Of a stretch of DNA of 64,000 nucleotides, positions 31,467 to 50,793 are shown in pieces. The translations under genes and the position numbers were made by a program. Origin of the DNA: the human T2T-CHM13v2.0 reference genome, Homo sapiens; NCBI RefSeq assembly GCF_009914755.1, contig NC_060948.1. The stretch is one strand, 5' to 3'. Within the stretch, counting starts at the first letter, position 1; each line of letters begins with the position of its first letter. Under the pieces are notes generated by a model. The model was not told the DNA's origin. It saw only the letters and a program-made list of their open reading frames with translations, and searched no databases.

Positions 31467-33563
31467 AGATCCATATTTTGTAAATGAAAAAAAATTTCAA
31501 AGGTACTCTGCTTGGTACAATAATCAAATGTATAAACTGAGGAATAAAACATAACCATGAAACCTACTTATAACTGCATATGGAAAATACAGAGGATAAT
31601 TTTTTAAATAACATATTTTGGAAGCCTTAACTAGTAATTTGAAGAGTTGGCATTTGAAAGGACAGTATGAATATACCTTCAAAGCAGCAACACAGGTTCC
31701 CCAGGAGAAAAAGCAAACTCAGGGAAAATGAAACCACAAAGGTTCAATCTCTTCTGACCTTTGAAAGACACAGCACAGACAGTGGTCCTTAGGACGAAGA
31801 GCAGGAGACCCCTAATTCCGTCACCATGGCGATAGGGCATAAACATTGCTGGGTGAGGGCACAATCCACATTGTGAGGTCCAACTGCTGCCAGAAAGACA
31901 GGAGTGCTTTTACATAGCCCGAAAGGTCATTGAAGGCTCAGAGTTTTGTTTCAAGAACTGAATCCCAAGCCCACACCTTATTAGGCTGCGCTTCTTAAAA
32001 CAAGTTCTGAGATGGGAAAAAGGGCACCCACAAACATAAGTATACATTATGTATATAATAATATAAAGTATCATATATATAATATATATAACCTATGTAT
32101 AATATTGTTTTACATCCTGCATCTTATATTATATATATTGTATAAAATATAATAATTGATAATATATAAGTTTTATATTTATACAATATGACATATAGTA
32201 TATATTATAATTTATGACATATATAATATATGTTATATATCATATATAGAATATATTATACGGTTAATATACGTATTAAATATAAATTATACATTATATA
32301 TATTATATATAATATATCTGTTATATATAATACCCATTATGCATAATATATATATTATGTCTATGTTATATATAGTATAAAACAACACATAATAATATAT
32401 AATAGTATATATAAAATGCGACATATAATATATATTACATTTTATGACATATGTAATATATATTATATATAATACGTTGTATGTATAATACCTATATTAA
32501 ATATATATTATATGACTATGTTATTAATTACATGTCACATGTGTTATATATTATTTATTTTACACAGAATATACCGGTTACATACAATATATACTATGTT
32601 ACCTACAATGTATAATTTATTACATGTAAAATAAAGAATGCAATATATTATGTATAATTTATAATATACAATATGTGGAATGTGATATATATAACATATA
32701 ATATATGATATATGATATACAGTATATGATATATAACATACAATATATGATACCTAATATATATGGTATACAATATATATTTTATGATATGTATTCTCTA
32801 TGTTTTATATTCTGTTATATATAACTATTTGAAATTATATATAACTGTATAATATTTTATGTAAATATGTAATATAATATATATAAAAATATAATATATT
32901 ATATATAACTATATATTATGTTATATATACTTTTATAACATTATTTACATAAAATATCATAATATAATATATATTATATTATTTCATATTACATAATATA
33001 TATTACATATCACCCAATATAAGTAACATACATAATATTATAATATAGATTATATTATGTTATATTAAATATCATATATATCATGTATCATATATTCGAT
33101 AATATATATTATACATTATATAATATGTATGTTGTCTATTATGTGATACATATAACTATATATATAATTATATTATTATACATATAACTAGATAAACATG
33201 AAATTCTACATATTTTCATTTATAATATATAGAATTATATAATCATATATAATTATTTATATTCTATAAAAATTATATCATTATATAAATTATAATATAT
33301 AAAAATTATAATATGTACTACAAATATATATAGTATATATCATATATGATATAGTACCTTTGTTATATATCATAATACATATAAATGTGTATTATGTTAT
33401 CTATAATTATATAATTTCATATATAAGATGTATAATATGTATTATATATTATATATGTTATGTAATATATATAGTATATATAAGATGACACAGGATAAAT
33501 ATTATATACTATGACGTATAAAATATATGAGGTTATATGTTACATATAAGGCATAGCACATAA

Positions 33564-33878
<315 letters not shown>

Positions 33879-35976
33879 AGATCCATATTTTTTAAATGAA
33901 AAAAAATTTCAAAGGTACTCTGCTTGGTACAATAATCAAATGTATAAACTGAGGAATAAAACATAACCATGAAACCTACTTATAACTGCATATGGAAAAT
34001 ACAGAGGATAATTTTTTAAATAACATATTTTGAAAGACTTAACTAGTAATTTGAAGAGTTGGCATTTGAAAGGCCAGTATGAATATACCTTCAAAGCAGC
34101 AACACAGGTTCCCAATGAGAAAAAGCAAACTCAGGGAAAATAAAACCACAAAGGTTCAATCTCTTCTGACCTTTGAAAGACACAGCACAGACAGTGGTCC
34201 TTAGGATGAAGAGCAGGAGACCCCTAATTCCGTCACCATGGCGATAGGGCATAAACATTGCTGGGTGAGGGCACAATCCACATTGTGAGGTCCAACTGTT
34301 GCCAGGAAGACAGGAGTGCTTTTACATAGACCGAAAGGTCATTGAAGGCTCAGAGTTTTGTTTCAAGAACTGAATCCCAAGCCCACACGTTATTAGGCTG
34401 CGCTTCTTAAAACAAGTTATGAGATGGGAAACAGGGCACCCACAAACATACGTATACATTATGTATATAATAATATACAGTATCATATATATAATATATA
34501 TAACCTATGTATAATATTGTTTTACATCCTGCATCTTATATTATATATATTGTATAAAATATAATAATTGATAATATATAAGTTTTATATTTATACAATA
34601 TGACATATAGTATATATTATAATTTATGACATATATAATATATGTTATATATCATATATAGAATATATTATACGGTTAATATACGTATTAAATATAAATT
34701 ATACATTATATATATTATATATAATATATCTGCTATATATAATACCCATTATGCATAATATATATATTATGTCTATGTTATATATAGTATAAAACAACAT
34801 ATAATAATATATAATTGTATATATAAAATGCGACATATAATATATATTATATTTTATGACATATGTAATATATATTATATGTTATATATAATGCGTTGTA
34901 TGTATAATACCTATATTAAATATATATTATATGACTATGTTATTAATTACATGTCACATATGTTATATATTATATATTTTACATAGAATATACCGCTTAC
35001 ATACAATATATACTATGTCACTTATAATGTATAATTTATTACATGTAAAATAAAGAATGCAATATATTATGTACAATTTATAATATACAATATGTGGAAT
35101 GTGATATATATAACATGTAATATATGATATACAGTATATGATATATAACATACAATATATGATACCTAATATATATGGTATACAATATATATTTTATGAT
35201 ATGTATTCTATATGTTTTATATTCTGTTATATATAACTATTTGAAATTTTACATAACTGTATAATATTTTAGGTAAATATGTATTATAATATATATAACT
35301 ATATAATATATTATATATAACTCTATGTTATGTTATATATACTTTTATAACATAATTTACATAAAATATCATAATATAATATATATTATATTATTTCATA
35401 TTACATAATATATATTACATATCACCCAATATAAGTAACATACAAAATATTATCATATAGATTATATTATGTTATATTAAATATCATATATATCATGTAT
35501 CATATATTCTATAATATATATTATACATTATATAATATGTATGTTGTCTATTATGTGATATATATAACTATATATATAATTATATTATTATACATATAAC
35601 TAGATAAACATGTAATTCTACATATTTTCATTTATAATATATAGAATTATATAAACATATATAATTATTTATATTCTATAAAAAATTATATCATTATATA
35701 AATTATCATATATAAAAATTACAATATGTACTACAAATATATATATTATATATCATATATGATATAGTACCTTTGTTATATATCATAATACATATAAATG
35801 TGTATTATGTCATCTATAATTATATAATTTCATATATAAGATGTATAATAAGTATTATATATTATATATGTTATGTAATATATATAGTATATATAAGATG
35901 ACACAGGATAAATATTATATACTATGACATATAAAATATATGAGGTTATATGTTACATATAAGGCATAGCACATAA

Positions 35977-36291
<315 letters not shown>

Positions 36292-38417
36292 AGATCCATA
36301 TTTTTTAAATGAAAAAAAATTTCAAAGGTACTCTGCTTGGTACAATAATCAAATGTATAAACTGAGGAATAAAACATAACCATGAAACCTACTTATAACT
36401 GCATATGGAAAATACAGAGGATAATTTTTTAAATAACATATTTTGAAAGCCTTAACTAGTAATTTGAAGAGTTGGCATTTGAAAGGCCAGTATGAATATA
36501 CCTTCAAAGCAACAACACAGGTTCCCCATGAGAAAAAGCAAACTCAGGGAAAATAAAACCACAAAGGTTCAATCTCTTCTGACCTTTGAAAGACACAGCA
36601 CAGACAGTGGTCCTTAGGACGAAGAGTAGGAGACCCCTAATTCCGTCACCATGGCGATAGGGCATAAACATTGCTGGGTGAGGGCACAATCCACATTGTG
36701 AGGTCCAACTGCTGCCAGGAAGACAGGAGTGCTTTTACATAGACCGAAAGGTCATTGAAGGCTCAGAGTTTTGTTTCAAGAACTGAATCCCAAGCCCACA
36801 CGTTATTAGGCTGCGCTTCTTAAAACAAGTTATGAGATGGGAAAAAGGGCACCCACAAACATACGTATACATTATGTATATAATAATATACAGTATCATA
36901 TATATAATATATATAACCTATGTATAATATTGTTTTACATCCTGCATCTTATGTTATATATATTGTATAAAATATAATAATTGATAATATATAAGTTTTA
37001 TATTTATACAATATGACATATAGTATATATTATAATTTATGACATATGTAATACATGTTATATATCATATATAGAATATATTATACGGTTAATATACGTA
37101 TTAAATATAAATTATACATTATATATATTATATATAATATATCTGCTATATATAATACCCATTATGCATAATATATATATTATGTCTATTTTATATATAG
37201 TATAAAACAACACATAATAATATATAATTGTATATATAAAATGCGACATATAATATATATTATATTTTATGACATATGTAATATATATTTTGTATTATAT
37301 ATAATACGTTGTATGTATAATACCTATATTAAATATATATTATATGACTATGTTATTAATTACATGTCACATATGTTATATATTATATATTTTACATAGA
37401 ATATACCGGTTACATACAATATATACTATGTTACCTATAATGTATAATTTATTACATGTAAAATAAAGAATGCAATATATTATGTATAATTTATAATATA
37501 CAATATGTGGAATGTGATATATATAACATATAATATATGATATAGGATATACAGTATATGATATATAACATACAATATATGATACCTAATATATATGGTA
37601 TACAATATATATTTTATGATACGTATTCTATATGTTATATATTCTGTTATATATACCTATTTGAAATTATATATAACTGTATAATATTTTATGTAAATAT
37701 GTAATATAATATATATAACTATATAATATATTATATATAACTATATATTATGTTATATATACTTTTATAACATAATTTACATAAAATGCCATAATATAAT
37801 ATATATTATATTATTTCATATTACATAATATATATTACATATCACCCAATATAAGTAACATACATAATATTATAATATAGATTATATTATGTTATATTAA
37901 TTATCACCTATAACATGTATCATATATTATATAATACATATTATACATTATATATTATGTATGTTGTCTATTATGTGATATATATAACTATATATATAAT
38001 TATATTATTATACATATATCTAGATAAACATGTAATCCAACATATTCTCATTTATAATATATAGAATTATATAATCATATATAATTATTTATATTCTATA
38101 AAAAATTATATCATTATCTAAATTATAATATATAAAAATAATAATATGTACTACAAATATATATTATATATCATATATGATATAGTACCTTTGTTATATA
38201 TCATAATACATATAAATGTGTATTATGTTATCTATAATTATATAATTTCATATATAAGATGTATAATATGTATTATATATTATATATGTTATGTAATATA
38301 TATAGTATATATAAGATGACACAGGATAAATATTATATACTATGACATATAAAATATATGAGGTTATATGTTACATATAAGGCATAGCACATAACATGTA
38401 ATATATATCATATATAA

Positions 38418-38709
38418 TTTTTTTTTAGACAGAGTCTTGTCCTGTTGCACAGGGTGGAGTACAATGGCGCCATCTTTGCTCAATGCAACATCTGCCTCAC
38501 GGGTCCAAGCGATTGTCTTCCCTCAGCCTCCCAGGTAGCTGGGACTACACCACATTGGGACTACACCAGCTGCCACCATGCCTAGCTAATTTTTTGGATT
38601 TTTAGTAGTGACAGCGTTTCACTGTATTGGAGAGGATGTTCTTGATCTCTTCACCTTGTGATCCCCTTGCCTTGGCCTCCAAATTTGCTGGGATTACAGG
38701 CCTGAGCCA
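38418..38709 (-). mobile_element. Diverged Alu resident in DYZ2 unit 6
   Basis: Tandem copy of the 26346-26636 Alu. Confidence 0.92.
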
Positions 38710-40807
38710 AGATCCATATTTTTTAAATGAAAAAAAATTTCAAAAGTACTCTGCTTGGTACAATAATCAAATGTATAAACTGAGGAATAAAACATAACCA
38801 TGAAACCTACTTATAACTGCATATGGAAAATACAGAGGATAATTTTTTAAATAACATATTTTGAAAGCCTTAACTAGTAATTTGAAGAGTTGGCATTTGA
38901 AAGGCCAGTAGGAATATACCTTCAAAGCAGCAACACAGGTTCCCCATGAGAAAAAGCAAACTCAGGGAAAATAAAACCACAAAGGTTCAATCTCTTCTGA
39001 CCTTTGAAAGACACAGCACAGACAGTGGTCCTTAGGACGAAGAGCAGGAGACCCCTAATTCCGTCACCATGGCGATAGGGCATAAACATTGCTGGGTGAG
39101 CGCACAATCCACATTGTGAGGTCCAACTGCTGCCAGGAAGACAGGAGTGCTTTTACATAGACCGAAAGGTCATTGAAGGCTCAGAGTTTTGTTTCAAGAA
39201 CTGAATCCCAAGCCCACACGTTATTAGGCTGCGCTTCTTAAAACAAGTGATGAGATGGGAAAAAGGGCACCCACAAACATACGTATACATTATGTATATA
39301 ATAATATACAGTATCATATATATAATATATATAACCTATGTATAATATTGTTTTACATCCTGCATCTTATATTATATATATTGTATAAAATATAATAATT
39401 GATAATATATAAGTTTTATATTTATACAATATGACATATAGTATATATTATAATTTATGACATATATAATATATGTTATATATCATATATAGAATATATT
39501 ATACGGTTAATATACGTATTAAATATAAATTATACATTATATATATTATATATAATATATCTGCTATATATAATACCCATTATGCATAATGTATATATTA
39601 TGTCTATGTTATATATAGTATAAACCAACATATAATAATATATAATTGTATATATAAAATGCGACATATAATATATATTATATTTTATGACATATGTAAT
39701 ATATATTATATGTTATATATAATGCGTTGTATGTATAATACCTATATTAAATATATATTATATGACTATGTTATTAATTACATGTCACATATGTTATATA
39801 TTATATATTTTACATAGAATATACCGGTTACATACAATATATACTATGTTACTTATAATGTATAATTTATTACATGTAAAATAAAGAATGCAATATATTA
39901 TGTATAATTTATAATATACAATATGTGGAATGTGATATATATAACATATAATATATGATATACAGTATATGATATATAACATACAATATATGATACCTAA
40001 TATATATGGTATACAATATATATTTTATGATATGTATTCTATATGTTTTATATTCTGTTATATATAACTATTTGAAATTTTACATAACTGTATAATATTT
40101 TAGGTAAATATGTATTATAATATATATAACTATATAATATATTATATATAACTCTATGTTATGTTATATATACTTTTATAACATAATTTACATAAAATAT
40201 CATAATATAATATATATTATATTATTTCATATTACATAATATATATTACATATCACCCAATATAAGTAACATGCAAAATATTATCATATAGATTATATTA
40301 TGTTATATTAAATATCATATATATCATGTATCATATATTCTATAATATATATTACACATTATATAATATGTATGTTGTCTATTATGTGATATATATAACT
40401 ATATATATAATTATATTTTTATACATATAACTAGATAAACATGTAATTCTACATATTTTCATTTATAATATGTAGAATTATATAATCATATATAATTATT
40501 TATATTCTTTAAAAAATTTTATCATTATATAAATTATAATATATAAAAATTATAATATGTACTACAAATATATATATTACATATCATATATGATATAGTA
40601 CCTTTGTTATATATCATAATACATATAAATGTGTATTATGTTATCTATAATTATATAATTTCATATATAAGATGTATAATATGTATCATATATTATATAT
40701 GTTATGTAATATATATAGTATATATAAGATGACACAGGATAAATATTATATAGTATGACATATAAAATATATCAGGTTATATGTTACATATAAGGCATAG
40801 CACATAA

Positions 40808-41122
<315 letters not shown>

Positions 41123-43223
41123 AGATCCATATTTTTAAATGAAAAAAAATTTCAAAGGTACTCTGCTTGGTACAATAATCAAATGTATAAACTGAGGAAT
41201 AAAACATAACCATGAAACCTACTTATAACTGCATATGGAAAATACAGAGGATAATTTTTTAAATAACATATTTTGAAAGCCTTAACTAGTAATTTGAAGA
41301 GCTGGCATTTGAAAGGCCAGTATGAATATACCTTCAAAGCAGCAACACCAGTTCCCCATGAGAAAAAGCAAACACAGGGAAAATAAAAACACAAAGGTTC
41401 AATCTCTTCTGACCTTTGAAAGACACAGCACAGACAGTGGTCCTTAGGACGAAGAGCAGGAGACCCCTAATTCCGTCACCATGGCGATAGGGCATAAACA
41501 TTGCTGGGTGAGGGCACAATCCACATTGTGAGGTCCAACTGCTGCCAGGAAGACAGGAGTGCTTTTACATAGACCGAAAGGTCATTGAAGGCTCAGAGTT
41601 TTGTTTCAAGAACTGAATCCCAAGCCCACACGTTATTAGGCTGCGCTTCTTAAAACAAGTTATGAGATGGGAAAAAGGGCACCCACAAACATACGTATAC
41701 ATTATGTATATAATAATATACAGTATCATATATATAATATATATAACCTATGTATAATATTGTTTTACATCCTGCATCTTATGTTATATATATTGTATAA
41801 AATATAATAATTGATAATATATGTTTTATAATTATACAATATGACATATAGTATATATTATAATTTATGACATATATAATATATGTTATATATCATATAT
41901 AGAATATATTATACGGTTAATATACGTATTAAATATAAATTATACATTATATATATTATATATAATATATCTGTTATATATAATACCCATTATGCATAAT
42001 ATATATATTATGTCTATGTTATATATAGTATAAAACAACATATAATAATATATAATTGTATATATAAAATGCGACATATAATATATATTATATTTTATAA
42101 CATATGTAATATATATTATATATTATATATAATACGTTGTATGTATAATACCTATATTAAATATTTATTATATGACTATGTTATTAATGACATGTCACAT
42201 GTGTTATATATTATATATTTTACATAGAATATACCGGTTACATACAATATATACTATGTTACCTATAATGTATAATTTCTTACATGTAAAATAAGAATGC
42301 AATATACTATGTATAATTTATAATATACAATATGTGGAATGTGATATATATAACATATAATATATGATATATGATATACAGTATATGATATATAACATAC
42401 AATATATGATTGCTAATATATATGGTATACAATATATATTTTATGACATGTATTCTATATGTTGTATATTCTGTTATATATAACTATTTGAAATTATATA
42501 TAACTGTATAATATTTTATGTAAATATGTAATATAATATATATAACTATATAATATATTATATATAACTATATATTATGTTATATATACTTTTATAACAT
42601 AATTTGCATAAAATATCATAATATAATATATATTATATTATTTCATATTACATAATATATATTACATATCACCCAATATAACTAACATACATAATATTAT
42701 AATATAGATTATATTATGTTATATTAAATATCATATATATCATGTATCATATATTCTATAATATATATTACACATTATATAATATGTATGTTGTCTATTA
42801 TGTGATATATATAACTCTATATATAATTATATTATTATACAAATAACTAGATAAACATGTAATTCTACATATTTTCATTTATAATATGAAGAATTATATA
42901 ATCATATATAATTATTTATATTCTATAAAAAATTTTATCATTATATAAATTATAATATATAAAAATTATAATATGTACTACAAATATATATATTATATAT
43001 CATATCTGATATAGTACCTTTGTTATATATCATAATACATATAAATGTGTATTATGTTATCTATAATTATATAATTTCATATATAAGATGTATAATATGT
43101 ATCATATATTATATATGTTATGTAATATATACAGTATATATAAGATGACACAGGATAAATATTATATACTATGACATATAAAATATATGAGGTTATATGT
43201 TACATATTAGGCATAGCACATAA

Positions 43224-43538
<315 letters not shown>

Positions 43539-45665
43539 AGATCCATATTTTTTAAATGAAAAAAAATTTCAAAGGTACTCTGCTTGGTACAATAATCAAA
43601 TGTATAAACTGAGGAATAAAACATAACCATGAAACCTACTTATAACTGCATATGGAAAATACAGAGGATAATTTTTTAAATAACATATTTTGAAAGCCTT
43701 AACTAGTAATTTGAAGAGCTGGCATTTGAAAGGCCTGTATGAATATACCTTCAAAGCAGCAACACAGGTTCCCCTTGAGAAAAAGCAAACACAGGGAAAA
43801 TAAAAACACAAAGGTTCAATCTCTTCTGACCTTTGAAAGACACAGCACAGACAGTGGTCCTTAGGACGAAGAGCAGGAGACCCCTAATTCCGTCACCATG
43901 GCGATAGGGCATAAACATTGCTGGGTGAGGGCACAATCCACATTGTGAGGTCCAACTGCTGCCAGGAAGACAGGAGTGCTTTTACATAGACCGAAAGGTC
44001 ATTGAAGGCTCAGAGTTTTGTTTCAAGAACTGAATCCCAAGCCCACACGTTATTAGGCTGCGCTTCTTAAAACAAGTTATGAGATGGGAAAAAGGGCACC
44101 CACAAACATACGTATACATTATGTATATAATAATATACAGTATCATATATATAATATATATAACCTATGTATAATATTGTTTTACATCCTGCATCTTATG
44201 TTATATATATTGTATAAAATATAATAATTGATAATATATAAGTTTTATAATTATACAATATGACATATAGTATATATTATAATTTATGACATATATAATA
44301 TATGTTATATATCATATATAGAATATATTATACGGTTAATATACGTATTAAATATAAATTATACATTATATATATTATATATAATATATCTGTTATATAT
44401 AATACCCATTATGCATGATATATATATTATGTCTATGTTATATATAGTATAAAACAACATATAATAATATATAATTGTATATATAAAATGCGACATATAA
44501 TATATATTATATTTTATAACATATGTAATATATATTATATATTATATATAATACGTTGTATGTATAATACCTATATTAAATATATATTATATGACTATGT
44601 TATTAATTACATGTCACATGTGTTATATATTATATATTTTACATAGAATATACCGGTTACATACAATATATACTATGTTACCTATAATGTATAATTTATT
44701 ACATGTAAAATAAGAATGCAATATACTATGTATAATTTATAATATACAATATGTGGAATGTGATATATATAACATATAATATATGATATATGATATACAG
44801 TATATGATATATAACATACAATATATGATTGCTAATATATATGGTATACAATATATATTTTATGACATGTATTCTATATGTTGTATATTCTGTTATATAT
44901 AACTATTTGAAATTATATATAACTGTATAATATTTTATGTAAATATGTAATATAATATATATAACTATATAATATATTATATATAACTATATATTATGTT
45001 ATATATACTTTTATAACATAATTTGCATAAAATATCATAATATAATATATATTATATTATTTCATATTACATAATATATATTACATATCACCCAATATAA
45101 CTAAAATACATAATATTATAATATAGATTATATTATGTTATATTAAATATCATATATATCATGTATCATATATTCTATAATATATATTACACATTATATA
45201 ATATGTATGTTGTCTATTATGTGATATATATAACTATATATATAATTATATTTTTATACATATAACAACATAAATATGTAATTCTACACATTTTCATTTA
45301 TAATATGTAGAATTATATAATCATATATAATTATTTATATTCTATAAAAAATTTTATCATTATATAAATTATAATATATAAAAATTATAATATGTACTAC
45401 AAATATATATATTATATATCATATATGATATAGTACCTTTGTTATATATCATAATACATATAAATGTGTATTATGTTATCTATAATTATATAATTTCATA
45501 TATAACTTGTATAATATGTATCATATATTATATATGTTTTGTAATATATATAGTATATATAAGATGACACAGGATAAATATTATATACTATGACATATAA
45601 AATATATGAGGTTATATGTTACATATAAGGCATAGCACATAACATGTAATATATATCATATATAA

Positions 45666-45956
<291 letters not shown>

Positions 45957-48060
45957 AGATCCATATTTTTTAAATGAAAAAAAATTTCAAAGGTACTCTG
46001 CTTGGTACAATAATCAAATGTATAAACTGAGGAATAAAACATAACCATGAAACCTACTTATAACTGCATATGGAAAATACAGAGGATAATTTTTTAAATA
46101 ACATATTTTGAAAGCCTTAACTAGTAATTTGAAGAGCTGGCATTTGAAAGGCCTGTATGAATATACCTTCAAAGCAGCAACACAGGTTCCCCATGAGAAA
46201 AAGCAAACACAGGGAAAATAAAAACACAAAGGTTCAATCTCTTCTGACCTTTGAAAGACACAGCACAGACAGTGGTCCTTAGGACGAAGAGCAGGAGACC
46301 CCTAATTCCGTCACCATGGCGATAGGGCATAAACATTGCTGGGTGAGGGCACAATCCACATTGTGAGGTCCAACTGCTGCCAGGAAGACAGGAGTGCTTT
46401 TACATAGACCGAAAGGTCATTGAAGGCTCAGAGTTTTGTTTCAAGAACTGAATCCCAAGCCCACACGTTATTAGGCTGCGCTTCTTAAAACAAGTTATGA
46501 GATGGGAAAAAGGGCACCCACAAACATACGTATACATTATGTATATAATAATATACAGTATCATATATATAATATATATAACCTATGTATAATATTGTTT
46601 TACATCCTGCATCTTATGTTATATATATTGTATAAAATATAATAATTGATAATATATAAGTTTTATAATTATACAATATGACATATAGTATATATTATAA
46701 TTTATGACATATATAATATATGTTATATATCATATATAGAATGTATTATACGGTTAATATACGTATTAAATATAAATTATACATTATATATATTATATAT
46801 AATATATCTGTTATATATAATACCCATTATGCATGATATATATATTATGTCTATGTTATATATAGTATAAAACAACATATAATAATATATAATTGTATAT
46901 ATAAAATGCGACATATAATATATATTATATTTTATAACATATGTAATATATATTATATATTATATATAATACGTTGTATGTATAATACCTATATTAAATA
47001 TTTATTATATGACTATGTTATTAATGACATGTCACATGTGTTATATATTATATATTTTACATAGAATATACCGGTTACATACAATATATACTATGTTACC
47101 TATAATGTATAATTTCTTACATGTAAAATAAGAATGCAATATACTATGTATAATTTATAATATACAATATGTGGAATGTGATATATATAACATATAATAT
47201 ATGATATATGATATACAGTATATGATATATAACATACAATATATGATTGCTAATATATATGGTATACAATATATATTTTATGACATGTATTCTATATGTT
47301 GTATATTCTGTTATATATAACTATTTGAAATTATATATAACTGTATAATATTTTATGTAAATATGTAATATAATATATATAACTATATAATATATTATAT
47401 ATAACTATATATTATGTTATATATACTTTTATAACATAATTTGCATAAAATATCATAATATAATATATATTATATTATTTCATATTACATAATATATATT
47501 ACATATCACCCAATATAACTAACATACATAATATTATAATATAGATTATATTATGTTATATTAAATATCATATATATCATGTATCATATATTCTATAATA
47601 TATATTACACATTATATAATATGTATGTTGTCTATTATGTGATATATATAACTCTATATATAATTATATTATTATACAAATAACTAGATAAACATGTAAT
47701 TCTACATATTTTCATTTATAATATGAAGAATTATATAATCATATATAATTATTTATATTCTATAAAAAATTTTATCATTATATAAATTATAATATATAAA
47801 AATTATAATATGTACTACAAATATATATATTATATATCATATCTGATATAGTACCTTTGTTATATATCATAATACATATAAATGTGTATTATGTTATCTA
47901 TAATTATATAATTTCATATATAAGATGTATAATATGTATCATATATTATATATGTTATGTAATATATACAGTATATATAAGATGACACAGGATAAATATT
48001 ATATACTATGACATATAAAATATATGAGGTTATATGTTACATATTAGGCATAGCACATAA

Positions 48061-48375
<315 letters not shown>

Positions 48376-50502
48376 AGATCCATATTTTTTAAATGAAAAA
48401 AAATTTCAAAGGTACTCTGCTTGGTACAATAATCAAATGTATAAACTGAGGAATAAAACATAACCATGAAACCTACTTATAACTGCATATGGAAAATACA
48501 GAGGATAATTTTTTAAATAACATATTTTGAAAGCCTTAACTAGTAATTTGAAGAGCTGGCATTTGAAAGGCCTGTATGAATATACCTTCAAAGCAGCAAC
48601 ACAGGTTCCCCATGAGAAAAAGCAAACACAGGGAAAATAAAAACACAAAGGTTCAATCTCTTCTGACCTTTGAAAGACACAGCACAGACAGTGGTCCTTA
48701 GGACGAAGAGCAGGAGACCCCTAATTCCGTCACCATGGCGATAGGGCATAAACATTGCTGGGTGAGGGCACAATCCACATTGTGAGGTCCAACTGCTGCC
48801 AGGAAGACAGGAGTGCTTTTACATAGACCGAAAGGTCATTGAAGGCTCAGAGTTTTGTTTCAAGAACTGAATCCCAAGCCCACACGTTATTAGGCTGCGC
48901 TTCTTAAAACAAGTTATGAGATGGGAAAAAGGGCACCCACAAACATACGTATACATTATGTATATAATAATATACAGTATCATATATATAATATATATAA
49001 CCTATGTATAATATTGTTTTACATCCTGCATCTTATGTTATATATATTGTATAAAATATAATAATTGATAATATATAAGTTTTATAATTATACAATATGA
49101 CATATAGTATATATTATAATTTATGACATATATAATATATGTTATATATCATATATAGAATATATTATACGGTTAATATACGTATTAAATATAAATTATA
49201 CATTATATATATTATATATAATATATCTGTTATATATAATACCCATTATGCATGATATATATATTATGTCTATGTTATATATAGTATAAAACAACATATA
49301 ATAATATATAATTGTATATATAAAATGCGACATATAATATATATTATATTTTATAACATATGTAATATATATTATATATTATATATAATACGTTGTATGT
49401 ATAATACCTATATTAAATATATATTATATGACTATGTTATTAATTACATGTCACATGTGTTATATATTATATATTTTACATAGAATATACCGGTTACATA
49501 CAATATATACTATGTTACCTATAATGTATAATTTATTACATGTAAAATAAGAATGCAATATACTATGTATAATTTATAATATACAATATGTGGAATGTGA
49601 TATATATAACATATAATATATGATATATGATATACAGTATATGATATATAACATACAATATATGATTGCTAATATATATGGTATACAATATATATTTTAT
49701 GACATGTATTCTATATGTTGTATATTCTGTTATATATAACTATTTGAAATTATATATAACTGTATAATATTTTATGTAAATATGTAATATAATATATATA
49801 ACTATATAATATATTATATATAACTATATATTATGTTATATATACTTTTATAACATAATTTGCATAAAATATCATAATATAATATATATTATATTATTTC
49901 ATATTACATAATATATATTACATATCACCCAATATAACTAAAATACATAATATTATAATATAGATTATATTATGTTATATTAAATATCATATATATCATG
50001 TATCATATATTCTATAATATATATTACACATTATATAATATGTATGTTGTCTATTATGTGATATATATAACTATATATATAATTATATTTTTATACATAT
50101 AACAACATAAATATGTAATTCTACACATTTTCATTTATAATATGTAGAATTATATAATCATATATAATTATTTATATTCTATAAAAAATTTTATCATTAT
50201 ATAAATTATAATATATAAAAATTATAATATGTACTACAAATATATATATTATATATCATACATGATATAGTACCTTTGTTATATATCATAATACATATAA
50301 ATGTGTATTATGTTATCTATAATTATATAATTTCATATATAACTTGTATAATATGTATCATATATTATATATGTTTTGTAATATATATAGTATATATAAG
50401 ATGACACAGGATAAATATTATATACTATGACATATAAAATATATGAGGTTATATGTTACATATAAGGCATAGCACATAACATGTAATATATATCATATAT
50501 AA

Positions 50503-50793
<291 letters not shown>
